From an uncultured Bacillota bacterium (GTDB taxonomy: Bacteria > Sysuimicrobiota > Sysuimicrobiia > Sysuimicrobiales > Segetimicrobiaceae): 64,000 bases of DNA. The stretch lies in NCBI GenBank assembly GCA_963804645.1, contig CAWDRG010000009.1, forward strand, positions 896,001 through 960,000. Reading direction: 5' to 3'. Positions 46,390 to 55,899 of this stretch are shown here, piece by piece; within the stretch, counting starts at the first letter, position 1, and the number at the start of each line of letters is the position of its first letter. Below the pieces are notes generated by a model. That model was not told the DNA's origin. It did not search any database and saw only the letters and a list, made by a program, of their open reading frames with translations. The translations under genes were made by a program, and so were the position numbers.

Positions 46390-47313
46390 ATGAGCCGCTA
46401 CATCACGCAGCGCGTGATCCACCTGCTCCCGATCCTGATCGGGATCTCCGTGGTCACGTTCCTGATGCTGCACCTGATCCCCGGGGACCCGGTGCTGATC
46501 TTCGCCGGCGACAAGCCCTTGACCGAGCAGCGGCACGAGGAGCTGCGCCACGAGCTGGGGCTGGACCGGCCGCTCTGGGCGCAGTACTGGACGTACGTCA
46601 CCGGGATCGCGCACGGGGACCTCGGTGTCGGTCTGCACAGCGGCCGCCCGGTGCTGGACAGCATCCGGGAAGCCGCCCCGGCGACGGCCGCCCTCACCTT
46701 GAGTGCGCTCGGCGTCGCGGTGGTCCTCGGCCTCGGCCTCGGGATCGCCGCGGCGCTCGCCCACGGGACTTGGTTCGACACGGTCACGATGACGATCGCG
46801 ATCCTCGGCGTGTCGATGCCGGTGTTCTATCTCGGCCTGCTGATGATCATCTTCTTCTCGTTCGATCTCCGCTGGTTTCCCGCGACCGGGCAGGGGGGAT
46901 TCTCGCACCTCGCGATGCCGGCGGCGGCACTCGGGCTCGTGACCTCGGCGGTCCTCGCCCGGCTCGTGCGGTCGAGCATGCTCGCCGTGCTTCGCGAGGA
47001 CTACGTGCAGACGGCCCGGGCGAAAGGGCTGCCCCGCGCGATCGTGGTCCTGCGCCACGCGCTCAAGAACGCGCTGATCCCCATCCTAACGGTCCTCGGC
47101 CTGCAGCTCGGCGCCCTGCTCAGCGGCGCGGTGGTCACCGAGACGATCTTCTCCCGGGCCGGCCTGGGCCGGCTCGCGGTCGACGCCATCTTGAACCGCG
47201 ACTATTCGCTGGTCCAGGGGGCGGTGCTGTTTTCGGCGCTCGTGTACGTCATCGCCAATCTGCTGGTCGACGTGGCGTACGCTGCCGTCGACCCGCGCAT
47301 CCGGTACGAATAG
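46390..47313 (+). CDS. Peptide/nickel ABC permease (DppB-like)
   Basis: LIPGDP, LGLDRPL, DYVQTARAKGL and DPRIRY. Confidence 0.94.
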   Translation: MSRYITQRVIHLLPILIGISVVTFLMLHLIPGDPVLIFAGDKPLTEQRHEELRHELGLDRPLWAQYWTYVTGIAHGDLGVGLHSGRPVLDSIREAAPATAALTLSALGVAVVLGLGLGIAAALAHGTWFDTVTMTIAILGVSMPVFYLGLLMIIFFSFDLRWFPATGQGGFSHLAMPAAALGLVTSAVLARLVRSSMLAVLREDYVQTARAKGLPRAIVVLRHALKNALIPILTVLGLQLGALLSGAVVTETIFSRAGLGRLAVDAILNRDYSLVQGAVLFSALVYVIANLLVDVAYAAVDPRIRYE

Positions 47314-47335
47314 TGGGCGCGCAGGGAGTTGCGCG

Positions 47336-48244
47336 ATGAGCGCCGGCAGGCCCGCCGCGAGCGCCGCATCACCGGCGCCGCCGCAGACCGGTGCCCCGGC
47401 GATGCGCCGGTCGCCGGCGCTGCTCGCCCGGCGCGCGTCCCACAGCAAGAACGCGCTGGCGGGGGGCACGCTCCTGGTCCTGATCGGGCTCGCGGTCGTG
47501 CTGGCGCCGCTGATCAGTCCTTACAGCCCGTTCGCGACGAACCAGCGCGCCGGGCTCGCCCCGGTGAGCGCGGCGCATCTGATGGGGACCGATCGGTTCG
47601 GGCGCGACATCTTCTCGCGCGTCCTGTGGGGGGGCCGGCTGTCGCTGCTGGTGGGGGTCGTCTCCGTCTCGCTCGCGGCGACGGCCGGCGTCGCCCTCGG
47701 GCTGGTGGCGGGGTACTACGGACGGACCGCCGACACGGTCATCATGCGCTTCGTCGATCTCTTGGTGTCGTTTCCGAGCATTCTCTTGGCGCTCGCGGTC
47801 GTCGCAACGCTCGGGAGCAGCCTGTTCAATTTGATGATCGCCGTCGGCATCTCGTCGGTGCCGAACTACGTGCGTGTGACCCGGGGGATGGTCCTGACGC
47901 TCAAGGAGCGGGAGTTCGTGCTCGCGGCGCGGGTGGCTGGGTGTCCACCCTACCGGATCATGACGCGCCACATCCTGCCGAACGTGGTGTCTCCGCTGAT
48001 CGTGCTGACCACGTTGGGCACCGCCGGCGCCATCATCACCGGATCGACGCTGAGCTTTCTGGGGCTGGGGATCCAGCCGCCCACGCCCGAGTGGGGCAAT
48101 ATGCTTGCCGACGGCCGGGAGTTCCTGGGGACCGCGTGGTGGGTGGCGTTTTTCCCGGGGCTCGCGATCATGCTGGCCGTGTTTGCGATTAACCTGCTGG
48201 GAGACGGGCTGCACGACGTGCTGGATCCGCACGTCCGGCTGTAG
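47336..48244 (+). CDS. Peptide/nickel ABC permease (DppC-like)
   Basis: GTDRFGRDIFSR, RHILPN, LSFLGLGIQPPTPEWG and GDGLHDVLDP. Confidence 0.94.
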   Translation: MSAGRPAASAASPAPPQTGAPAMRRSPALLARRASHSKNALAGGTLLVLIGLAVVLAPLISPYSPFATNQRAGLAPVSAAHLMGTDRFGRDIFSRVLWGGRLSLLVGVVSVSLAATAGVALGLVAGYYGRTADTVIMRFVDLLVSFPSILLALAVVATLGSSLFNLMIAVGISSVPNYVRVTRGMVLTLKEREFVLAARVAGCPPYRIMTRHILPNVVSPLIVLTTLGTAGAIITGSTLSFLGLGIQPPTPEWGNMLADGREFLGTAWWVAFFPGLAIMLAVFAINLLGDGLHDVLDPHVRL

Positions 48245-48320
48245 CGGGGACGCGGCCCGAAGCCTCGGGCGCACCTGAGACCGAGGATGGATACGAACAC
48301 TTGCACACGAGGAGGGACAG

Positions 48321-49124
48321 ATGGAATTCGAACGCAAGGTGGTGTGGTTGACGGGAGGGGGCGGCCGCATCGGCCCGACGATCGCGGCCGCGTTTGCGCG
48401 GGAAGGCGCCGCGGTCGGGATCTGCGACCTCGACGGCGCGCGGGCCGAACGCGCGCGGGACGCCGTGCTCGCGGCGGGCGGCCGGGCCGTGGCGATCCAG
48501 GGGGATGTGAGCGTCGAAGCCGACGTGGCGCGCATGCTGGACGGCATCACGGCGGCGGTCGGCCCGGTGGACATCCTCGTGAACAGCCACGGCGTGTCGC
48601 CGAACATGCCGCTGCTCGAGATGGACCTCGAGACCTACCAGTCCTCGTTCACCGTCAACACGCAGGGGTGCTTCCTCACGTGCCGCGCTGCGGCCCGGCA
48701 GATGGTCGCGCGCGGCGCGCGCGGCACGCTGATCAACATCTCGTCCGGCGCCGCGACCTCCGGCCGCCCCGGGTCGTCCGCGTACTGCGCGTCGAAGGCG
48801 GCGATCAACATGCTGACGCAGGTCTTCGCGACCGAGCTCGGCCCCCACGGTATCCGCGTGAACGCGGTCACCCCGGGGCTCGTCACCGACCATCCGCTCC
48901 ACCGGGGCGAGGGCAGCCATCCGTACCTGAATCTGATGATCGACATGACGCCGCTCGGCCGGACCGGCGTCCCGGACGACATCGCGGCCGCGGTGCTCTC
49001 CGTGGCGTCCGACCGGCTGGCGTGGGTTACCGGCGCCAATCTGGAAGTGACCGGGGGCTCGCACTGCGGGCGGACGAACGCGCCGTTCACGCCCCGGCTG
49101 GGCGCGCAGGGACGGCCCGCGTGA
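48321..49124 (+). CDS. Short-chain dehydrogenase/reductase (SDR)
   Basis: TGGGGRIG, INISS, YCASK and GIRVNAVTPG. Confidence 0.94.
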   Translation: MEFERKVVWLTGGGGRIGPTIAAAFAREGAAVGICDLDGARAERARDAVLAAGGRAVAIQGDVSVEADVARMLDGITAAVGPVDILVNSHGVSPNMPLLEMDLETYQSSFTVNTQGCFLTCRAAARQMVARGARGTLINISSGAATSGRPGSSAYCASKAAINMLTQVFATELGPHGIRVNAVTPGLVTDHPLHRGEGSHPYLNLMIDMTPLGRTGVPDDIAAAVLSVASDRLAWVTGANLEVTGGSHCGRTNAPFTPRLGAQGRPA

Positions 49125-49299
49125 CCTCCGGCCGCTGAATCCAAGGAGATCACGCGGCTCCCACCGCGGCTGCACCGCGCACTCGAGAAATTCGTCTACG
49201 ACGTGCTCGGGGATCCGAGTGCTCCGCGCACCCCGGCATCTTCTGCACCTGATCCAAGACGCGGCCGGGTGACGCCGCACCCGGTGCGCCTCGCGGCGA

Positions 49300-50496
49300 T
49301 CACGATGCGCCGATGATCAGGTCATCGAGCCGCTTCGTAAACCGGGTGACCGGCTCCGGTGCGTCGCTGCCCACGATCACGGTGTCCGAGTTTCGGAACC
49401 CGCCGAGCCCCGGCACGAAGAGCGCCGGCTCGGACGAGAACACCATCCCGGCGCGCAGCGGCCGGTAGTTGAAGGCGGTGTCGTCGGGATACTCGTGTCC
49501 TGCGATCCCGATGCCGTGTCCGGCACGATGGTACAGGTACTCGCTGGTTCCCGCCTCGTTGTGGACCGCCTGCGCGACCGCGTCAATCTCGGCGACGACG
49601 TGGCCCTCGGTCATCACCGCGATGGCCGCGTGCTGCGCTTTCGACATCACCTCGAAGTATCGCCGCTGGTCGGCGCTCGAAGGCCCGATCACGTAGGTGC
49701 GTTCGTTCTCCACGCCGTAGCCGTTGATCCGGAGGACGACGACGCTGAGCACGCTGTCGCCGGGTCGGAGGGCGCGCCCCGAATTGGCGCCCGAGTTGTG
49801 CGGGCAGATGCTGTCCTCGCCGGCCACGCCGGAGGCGCGGACTTCGATGAGTTCCGCAGGGTGCCGCTGCGCGACGTGCACGCCGAGCCGGCGTGCCGTC
49901 TCGAGCGACACCTCGATAATCGGGACCCCCGGCGCGAGCAGCGCCTTGAACTGCGCCTGCCCCCAATCGCTGAGCTCGCCGCAGACCCGCATCAGCCCAA
50001 GTTCCTCCGCCGACTTGACGAGCCGCAGGTCGCGGATCACGTCAGCCCGATCTTCGAACGCCAGGTCCGGCAGCGCCGCCCGGATTCCCGGCGACACGGG
50101 GCCGAGGGTGTCCACCGCGACGCGCCCCCGCCGGACCCCGAGGTCCCGCAGCGTGTCCACGAACAGCCGGTCCCACTCGGGCCGGAGGTACGTGCGGCGC
50201 ACCTCGCTGAGGTGTTCGAGGTAGATCCGCGCGTCCGTCACCCAGCACGATTCGCGGGCGACCGCCATCTGAAAGTGGTTGGTGGAGAGCTCGTTGAGGA
50301 TGAGGACGGGATCGCCGTCCCGCGGGAAGATCGCGGCGACCGGGCGTTCCCACGGCTGCACGTCCAGGTGGAAGTTGCTCACGTAGAAGAAGTTGTCGCT
50401 GGTGAACACCACGTACGCCTGACAGTCGTGCTCGGTCAGGAACGCCCGCAACGCGTGTCGACGCCGGCCGCCTTCATTCAGTGAGAGCCGCAGCAC
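49300..50496 (-). CDS. M24 pita-bread fold hydrolase (Xaa-Pro peptidase/creatinase-like)
   Basis: LRLVKSAEEL, HRAGHGIG, GMVFSSEP and GGFRNSD; GGAGG RBS. Confidence 0.88.
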   Translation of the reverse strand: MLRLSLNEGGRRRHALRAFLTEHDCQAYVVFTSDNFFYVSNFHLDVQPWERPVAAIFPRDGDPVLILNELSTNHFQMAVARESCWVTDARIYLEHLSEVRRTYLRPEWDRLFVDTLRDLGVRRGRVAVDTLGPVSPGIRAALPDLAFEDRADVIRDLRLVKSAEELGLMRVCGELSDWGQAQFKALLAPGVPIIEVSLETARRLGVHVAQRHPAELIEVRASGVAGEDSICPHNSGANSGRALRPGDSVLSVVVLRINGYGVENERTYVIGPSSADQRRYFEVMSKAQHAAIAVMTEGHVVAEIDAVAQAVHNEAGTSEYLYHRAGHGIGIAGHEYPDDTAFNYRPLRAGMVFSSEPALFVPGLGGFRNSDTVIVGSDAPEPVTRFTKRLDDLIIGAS

Positions 50497-50584
50497 CGTT
50501 CGCCTCCCCCCTCCTCGCGCGGTGGCGCGTTCGCGCCCTCCTGCTCATGCGGCGGCCGCATCCTCGCGCCGCCGCCGCGTCCCG

Positions 50585-52936
50585 TTACGGTCGCGCGGTC
50601 CCGCCGTCCGGCGCGATCGCGTAGCCTGCGGGCGGATCCACGCCCAACAGATGCCGCACGAAGTAATCCCACCGCCGCCGGACGAAATAGGGGTCGCTCG
50701 TACACCCATGCGGGCGGTTCGGCAGGAGCAGCAGGTCGAAGTCCTTGTTGGCGGCGATCAACGCGTCGACCACCTGCAGCGTCGATGCCGGATGCACGTT
50801 CTCGTCCATCTCTCCGTGCATGAGGAGGAGCTTCCCCGCGAGCCGGTGCGCGAGGGTGACGTTGGACTGGTCGTGGTAGTGCGCACCGACCGGCAGCCCC
50901 ATGTAGCGTTCGACCCAGGACGCCTTGTCGAGCCGGTGGTCGTGATTTCCCGCGGACGAGACCGCGACCGTATAGAATTCCGGAAACGTCAGCATCGCGC
51001 GCGTCGACGCGTACCCGCCGGCGGAATGGCCGTAGATCCCGACCCGGGTGACGTCGAGGTACGGATAGCGCGCCGCCAGCTGCCGGATCGCCGCCACGTG
51101 GTCGGCGATTCCGCCGTCCCCGAGATCGCGGTACGAGCGGTCGCCAAACGCCTTCGAGCGGTACGGCATGCCCAGTCCGTCGATCATCACGACCGCGAAC
51201 CCGAGCTCGGCCAGGGCGTGCGCGTGCCACAGATCGCGGAACTTGTTGGGGACCGCGGTCGTGGACGAATATCCTCCAAACGACGTCGGCGCCTGGTTGG
51301 TCTGCGGTCCGGCATAGATGCTGTCCAAGATCGGCAGCCGATCGATCGACCCGGCCTGGAAGTGCGACGGTCGGATCAGGATCCCGTAGATGTCCGTCGT
51401 CCCGTCACGGGCTTTCACGCAGAAGCGCTCGGGCGGCGTCCAGCCGAGTTCGCGGAGGCGGTCGGCGTCTCCCCGCGCCAGCTCGCAGAGGACGGCGCCG
51501 TCCGGTGCGCGCAGCACCGCGACCGGGGGTGCGTCGACGCGCGAATAGGAATCGACGAAGCACGCACCGGACGGCGCGAAGCTGACCTGATGCGTCGCGT
51601 CCTCCGGGGTCAGCACGACCGGCTGCCCGCCGTCCAGTCCGACGCGGTAGAGATGGTTGAAGTACGGGTCGCGACCCGGCTCCCGCCCCATGGCCGTAAA
51701 GCAGACCTGCCGGCCGGCCTCGTCGACGTGCACCACGTCCGTGACCATCCACGCGCCGGTCGTGAGCTGCCGCCGCAGCGCCCCGGTGCTGCCGTCGTAG
51801 AGATAGAGGTGCCCCCACCCGTCGCGCGTCGAGTACCAGAGTACCTGGGCGCCGCCGTCCAGGACCCTGACAATCGGCGCGCCGCCGCTGTGGCTCGGGT
51901 GGGGCTCGATCGCGGTCTCGCCGTGCTCTTCAACCAGCACGCGCGATTCGCCGGACTCCGGATCGATGGCCGAGAGGCGGTACGACTGGAAGCCGCGCCC
52001 CCGCGTCACGGCGTAGATCCGGGCGCCGTCGGGGCTCCACCAGATCCAGTCCGGACGCAGCGGGGAGCCGTAGTACAGGAGGGGCACGGGTTCGCCCCGC
52101 ACGGCGCGAGAGGTGCCGCGTTCCACGTCGACCACCAGCAGATCGGCGGTGGGGACCCGATCGTCGCCGGGCAGCGGATAGGCGTACGAATGCAGCACCG
52201 GGCGCCGGCTTCCGTTTCTCGGGACCGACTGGACCAGATGGTACGTCCCTGCGGCCCGCCGGTCCAGCCGATAGGAGAGGATCCGGCGGCTGTCGGGCGA
52301 CCACAGCACGGTGGGGGCCGGGGGCGCCTCCGGCGCGGGAATGCCGGCGGCCTCGAGCGGCGATGCGAGCGGCGTGCCGTAGTCGTGTTCGGGACGGCCG
52401 TCGGCGGTGAGGGCGCGGACGTCGCCCGTCTCCGTCGAGCGGATGCGGAGGTTGTGGTCGTCCACGAAGACGGTCCACCGGCCGTCGGGCGACGTGGTGC
52501 CGGTGCGGTCGGCCCTCCGATCCAGCCGTTCGCACGTTCCGCCGTCGAGATCGTACACCCACCGGACAGCGCCGACGTCGAACTGGATCGCTGCGCCCCC
52601 GCGCACGAACTCGATGCGGTCGAACGGGAGGGACCCGGCCTCGTACGGCGTGCCCGCGGCGCGCGACAGCGACGCCGCGAGCCGCGCGTGGTCGAACGCC
52701 GGCTCCCGTGTTCCCCGGTGCGAATCCACGACGACGAACGTCCCGCCGCGACGGGTCCGCGCGTGATACCAGAATCGCTCCCCGCCGTCGAGCCAGTGCG
52801 GGTCGACCGTCATGCCGAGCAGCGACCCACCGATGTGCCACGGAAGGAACTGCTCGGCGCGCGCGTACGCGGCCGCCGGCAGCGATCGGGTGCCGCGCGC
52901 GTCGGACGGCCGCCCCGCGGCGTCGTCGCGCTCCAT
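50585..52936 (-). CDS. S9 family serine peptidase (DPP IV-like beta-propeller + hydrolase)
   Basis: GHSAGG nucleophile, LLLMHGEMDENVH, RPHG, RDGWGHLY and IYAGP. Confidence 0.93.
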   Translation of the reverse strand: MERDDAAGRPSDARGTRSLPAAAYARAEQFLPWHIGGSLLGMTVDPHWLDGGERFWYHARTRRGGTFVVVDSHRGTREPAFDHARLAASLSRAAGTPYEAGSLPFDRIEFVRGGAAIQFDVGAVRWVYDLDGGTCERLDRRADRTGTTSPDGRWTVFVDDHNLRIRSTETGDVRALTADGRPEHDYGTPLASPLEAAGIPAPEAPPAPTVLWSPDSRRILSYRLDRRAAGTYHLVQSVPRNGSRRPVLHSYAYPLPGDDRVPTADLLVVDVERGTSRAVRGEPVPLLYYGSPLRPDWIWWSPDGARIYAVTRGRGFQSYRLSAIDPESGESRVLVEEHGETAIEPHPSHSGGAPIVRVLDGGAQVLWYSTRDGWGHLYLYDGSTGALRRQLTTGAWMVTDVVHVDEAGRQVCFTAMGREPGRDPYFNHLYRVGLDGGQPVVLTPEDATHQVSFAPSGACFVDSYSRVDAPPVAVLRAPDGAVLCELARGDADRLRELGWTPPERFCVKARDGTTDIYGILIRPSHFQAGSIDRLPILDSIYAGPQTNQAPTSFGGYSSTTAVPNKFRDLWHAHALAELGFAVVMIDGLGMPYRSKAFGDRSYRDLGDGGIADHVAAIRQLAARYPYLDVTRVGIYGHSAGGYASTRAMLTFPEFYTVAVSSAGNHDHRLDKASWVERYMGLPVGAHYHDQSNVTLAHRLAGKLLLMHGEMDENVHPASTLQVVDALIAANKDFDLLLLPNRPHGCTSDPYFVRRRWDYFVRHLLGVDPPAGYAIAPDGGTARP

Positions 52937-52941
52937 CGCCG

Positions 52942-53676
52942 CTACCCCTTCGTCCCCGCCAGCGTCTGGCGGCGGCCGGCCGCCACGTTCGCGAGCTGGA
53001 CGCTCGGGCTCGAGAGCATCCACTGCAGCACGAACGACCTGGCGGCCGCGATTTGCTCGGTCATGATCCGCTCGGCCCGCGCGCCGTCGCCGGCGACCAG
53101 CGCCTCGATCAGATCGTGGTGTTCGTGCGAGGCCTCCTCATTCCGGTCGCGCAGCAGGTGCCCCATGTGGTGGACCCGCGCGACCTTTTCGAGCACCGCG
53201 ACGACCATGTCCGCCAGCACGCGGTTGCCGGACGAGCGTGCGACGATCGTGTGAAATTCCGTGTTGGCCCGCAGGAACGCCTCCGCGCTCGCGCGGTCCC
53301 CGACCCGATAGCGGGCTTCGCACAGCGTGTTGAGCCGCCGGAGGTGGGCGCCGTCGACGTGGCTCGCGGCGCGCCGGGCGGCGGCCGGTTCGAGCAGGAG
53401 GCGGACGTCGAAGAGCTCCTGCACGTGCTTGAGCGTGATCGGCGTGACGACGTAGCGCTGGCGGGTCACGAGCTCGACGAACTGCTCCTGGTACAGGCGC
53501 TTGAGCGCCGCGCGGACCGCTGCCCGTCCCACGCCGTACAGGCCCGCGAGCTGCTCTTCGCTCACCGGCCGGCCCGGCTCGAGTTCGCAGCGGATGATGT
53601 CGCGTTTGATCAGCGCGTACGCGGTCTCGGTCAGCGGTCGCGCGCGTTGGTGCCGGGCGCGCCGAGCGGTTGGCAT
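52942..53676 (-). CDS. GntR (FadR/FCD) transcriptional regulator
   Basis: AYALIKRDII...LEPG...EEQLA...VRAALKRL; FCD domain NTEFH and EHHDLIEAL. Confidence 0.93.
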   Translation of the reverse strand: MPTARRARHQRARPLTETAYALIKRDIIRCELEPGRPVSEEQLAGLYGVGRAAVRAALKRLYQEQFVELVTRQRYVVTPITLKHVQELFDVRLLLEPAAARRAASHVDGAHLRRLNTLCEARYRVGDRASAEAFLRANTEFHTIVARSSGNRVLADMVVAVLEKVARVHHMGHLLRDRNEEASHEHHDLIEALVAGDGARAERIMTEQIAAARSFVLQWMLSSPSVQLANVAAGRRQTLAGTKG

Positions 53677-53723
53677 CCTCACTCCTCCCGCGTGTGCTCT
53701 CTCGCCGTCCGACCGGATTCTCA

Positions 53724-53755
53724 TCTACCATAATCGGGTAGACGAACGTTGTAAA
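53724..53755 (-). promoter_or_regulatory. Putative gntR promoter (TTTACA-17-TATGGT) overlapped by inverted repeat TCTACC-N7-GGTAGA
   Basis: Minus-strand -35 at 53750-53755 and -10 at 53727-53732; palindrome at 53724-53742. Confidence 0.55.
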
Positions 53756-53794
53756 GCGGGCTCCTGAGACGAGCGGGACGGGCTCCCGCCGTAA

Positions 53795-53823
53795 TTGACA
53801 CGGGCTCCCGGCGCCGCTAACAT
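53795..53823 (+). promoter_or_regulatory. Sigma70 promoter TTGACA-17-TAACAT of the ABC operon
   Basis: Perfect -35, 17-bp spacer and 4/6 -10, 62 bp upstream of the start codon. Confidence 0.75.
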
Positions 53824-53885
53824 GAGGGCTAACGCCGTTCGGACGCCGACCTCGAAGCCATAGCGCAGCGTGAGAGGAACGCGAC

Positions 53886-54841
53886 GTGTGGAGCTACTTC
53901 CTCAGGCGTCTGCTCCTGTCGATCCCGACCGTCCTCGGAGCGGTCACGCTGGGTGTTCTGCGTGATGCGCGTCATCCCGGGGGACCCGATCGCGCTGCTC
54001 ATCCCGCCGGATACCCCGGGCGCCGACACCGCGGCGGCTGCCGCCAGGATCCGACACGAGTACGGGTTCGACCGGCCACTGTATCAGCAGTATCTCCAGT
54101 ACCTGCGTCAGATGGCCACCGGCGACTTCGGCCGGCTCGATCCGGCAAAACACGGTGGTGTCGGCGGACCTCGCGTTTCGCGTGCCCAACACCCTGGAAC
54201 TCGGGCTGCCCGCGCTCGCGCTGTCCATCGTGCTGGGGATCGCGCTCGGCACCGTGTCGGCGGTGCGCCGCGGCACGTGGATCGACGGCGCGGCGATCTT
54301 CGGGGCGCTGTTCGGCGTGTCGGTGCCCGATTTCTGGCTCGCGCTGATGCTGATCCTGCTGCTGGCGCTGCGCTTCCCGCTGCTGCCCCCCTCGGGGTGG
54401 GGCGGCCCGATCTACACGGCCGCCGGCGCGTCTCACCTCGTCCTGCCGGTCATCGTGCTGGCGCTCGGGAGCGCCGGCGCGCTGGCCCGGTACACGCGCT
54501 CGAGCATGCTCGAGGTGATCAACCACGACTACGTGCGCACGGCGAGGGCCAAGGGGCTCAGGGAGGCCGCCGTGATCAGGCGGCACGTGCTGCGTACGTC
54601 GCTGCCGACGATCATCACGCTGCTGGGGCTCGGGTTCGGCCGGGTGCTCGGCGGTACCGTGATCGTCGAGACGGTGTTCGGGTGGCCGGGCGTCGGCCGG
54701 TACCTCGTGAGCGGGATCAACGGCCGCGATTACCCGGTAGTGCAGGCGGCCGTGCTGCTGGTCGCCGTCTCGTTCGTCGCGGCGAACCTGCTGACCGATC
54801 TCATGCTCGTCTACGTCGACCCGCGCATCAGGTACGGTTGA
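53886..54841 (+). pseudogene. DppB-like permease with two apparent +1 frameshifts (~53952, ~54135)
   Basis: MWSYFLRRLLLSIPT, VIPGDP...GFDRPL...GDFG and NTLEL...ARAKGL...DPRIRYG lie in three successive frames; may be sequencing error. Confidence 0.85.
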
Positions 54842-54877
54842 CGGGCGGAAGCGACGGCCCGGCGGCGCGTCCCGCGG

Positions 54878-55809
54878 ATGGACGTGCGGCTGCTTCGATC
54901 GGGCGTCAGCCCGGACCGTTCCGCCTGCGGTCGGATCGTGCAGCCCGGCCCGGCGTACGGAGCGCGGCGGGATCACGACGCTGCGCCGCCTCGGACGCGA
55001 GCTCGCGCGCAACCGGCTGGCGTTCGTCGGCGCGCTGTACCTGGTGGTGATCTTGAGCGTCGCGGCGCTGGCCCCGACGCTCTCGCCCTACTCGCCGCTG
55101 AGGCAGGACCTCCTCAGCCGGCTCGACCCGCCGTCGGCCGAGCACTGGCTCGGCACCGACGAGGCCGGCCGCGACGAGCTGTCGCGCCTGATCTACGGGG
55201 CCCGGGTATCGTTGTCCATCGCCGTGATGGGTACCCTGGGCGGGGTCGTGCTGGGGGCTACGTTGGGGCTGGCGGCGGGTTTCCTCGGCGGGACAACCGA
55301 CCACGTGGCGATGCGGCTCGTCGACGTGATGTACGCGTTTCCGGGCATCCTGCTGGCGATCCTCATCGTCGCCGTGATGGGGCCCAGCCTCCTCAACCTG
55401 GTCGTCGCCCTGACGGTGTTCAACACGCCGACGCTGGCCCGGATCGTTCGCGCGAGCGTTTTGTCGCTGAAGTCGCGGGAGTTCATCGAGGCGGCCCGGG
55501 CGATCGGCGCCGCGCAGCCCCGGATCGTGTTCCGCCACCTCGTGCCGAACACGCTCGCGCCCATCATCGTGAACGCCGACGCTCGGCGTCGCCGGCGCGC
55601 TCCTCACCGCCGCCGCGCTCGGGTTCCTCGGCGTCGGCGTGCAACCCCCGACGGCCGAGTGGGGCGCGATGCTGAGCGCGGGGCAGGAGTATATGCGGAA
55701 CGACTCCTACCTCGTGACGCTCCCGGGCCTCCTGATTCTCCTGACGGTACTGTCGGTGAACCTGGTCGGGGACACGCTGCGGGACGCCCTCGACCCCCAC
55801 CTGCGATGA
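54878..55809 (+). pseudogene. DppC-like permease with apparent frameshifts (~54970, ~55578); start uncertain
   Basis: HWLGTDEAGRD and RHLVPN in one frame; ALGFLGVGVQPPTAEWG...RDALDPHLR* in the next. Confidence 0.85.
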
Positions 55810-55899
55810 TTGGAGGTGACATGTCGTCGAAGTCGGGAAAGAGGGTCGTGACGGTACGTCCGGCGCGTCACGCAGATTAGGGATCGGGGAGGGATGTGC

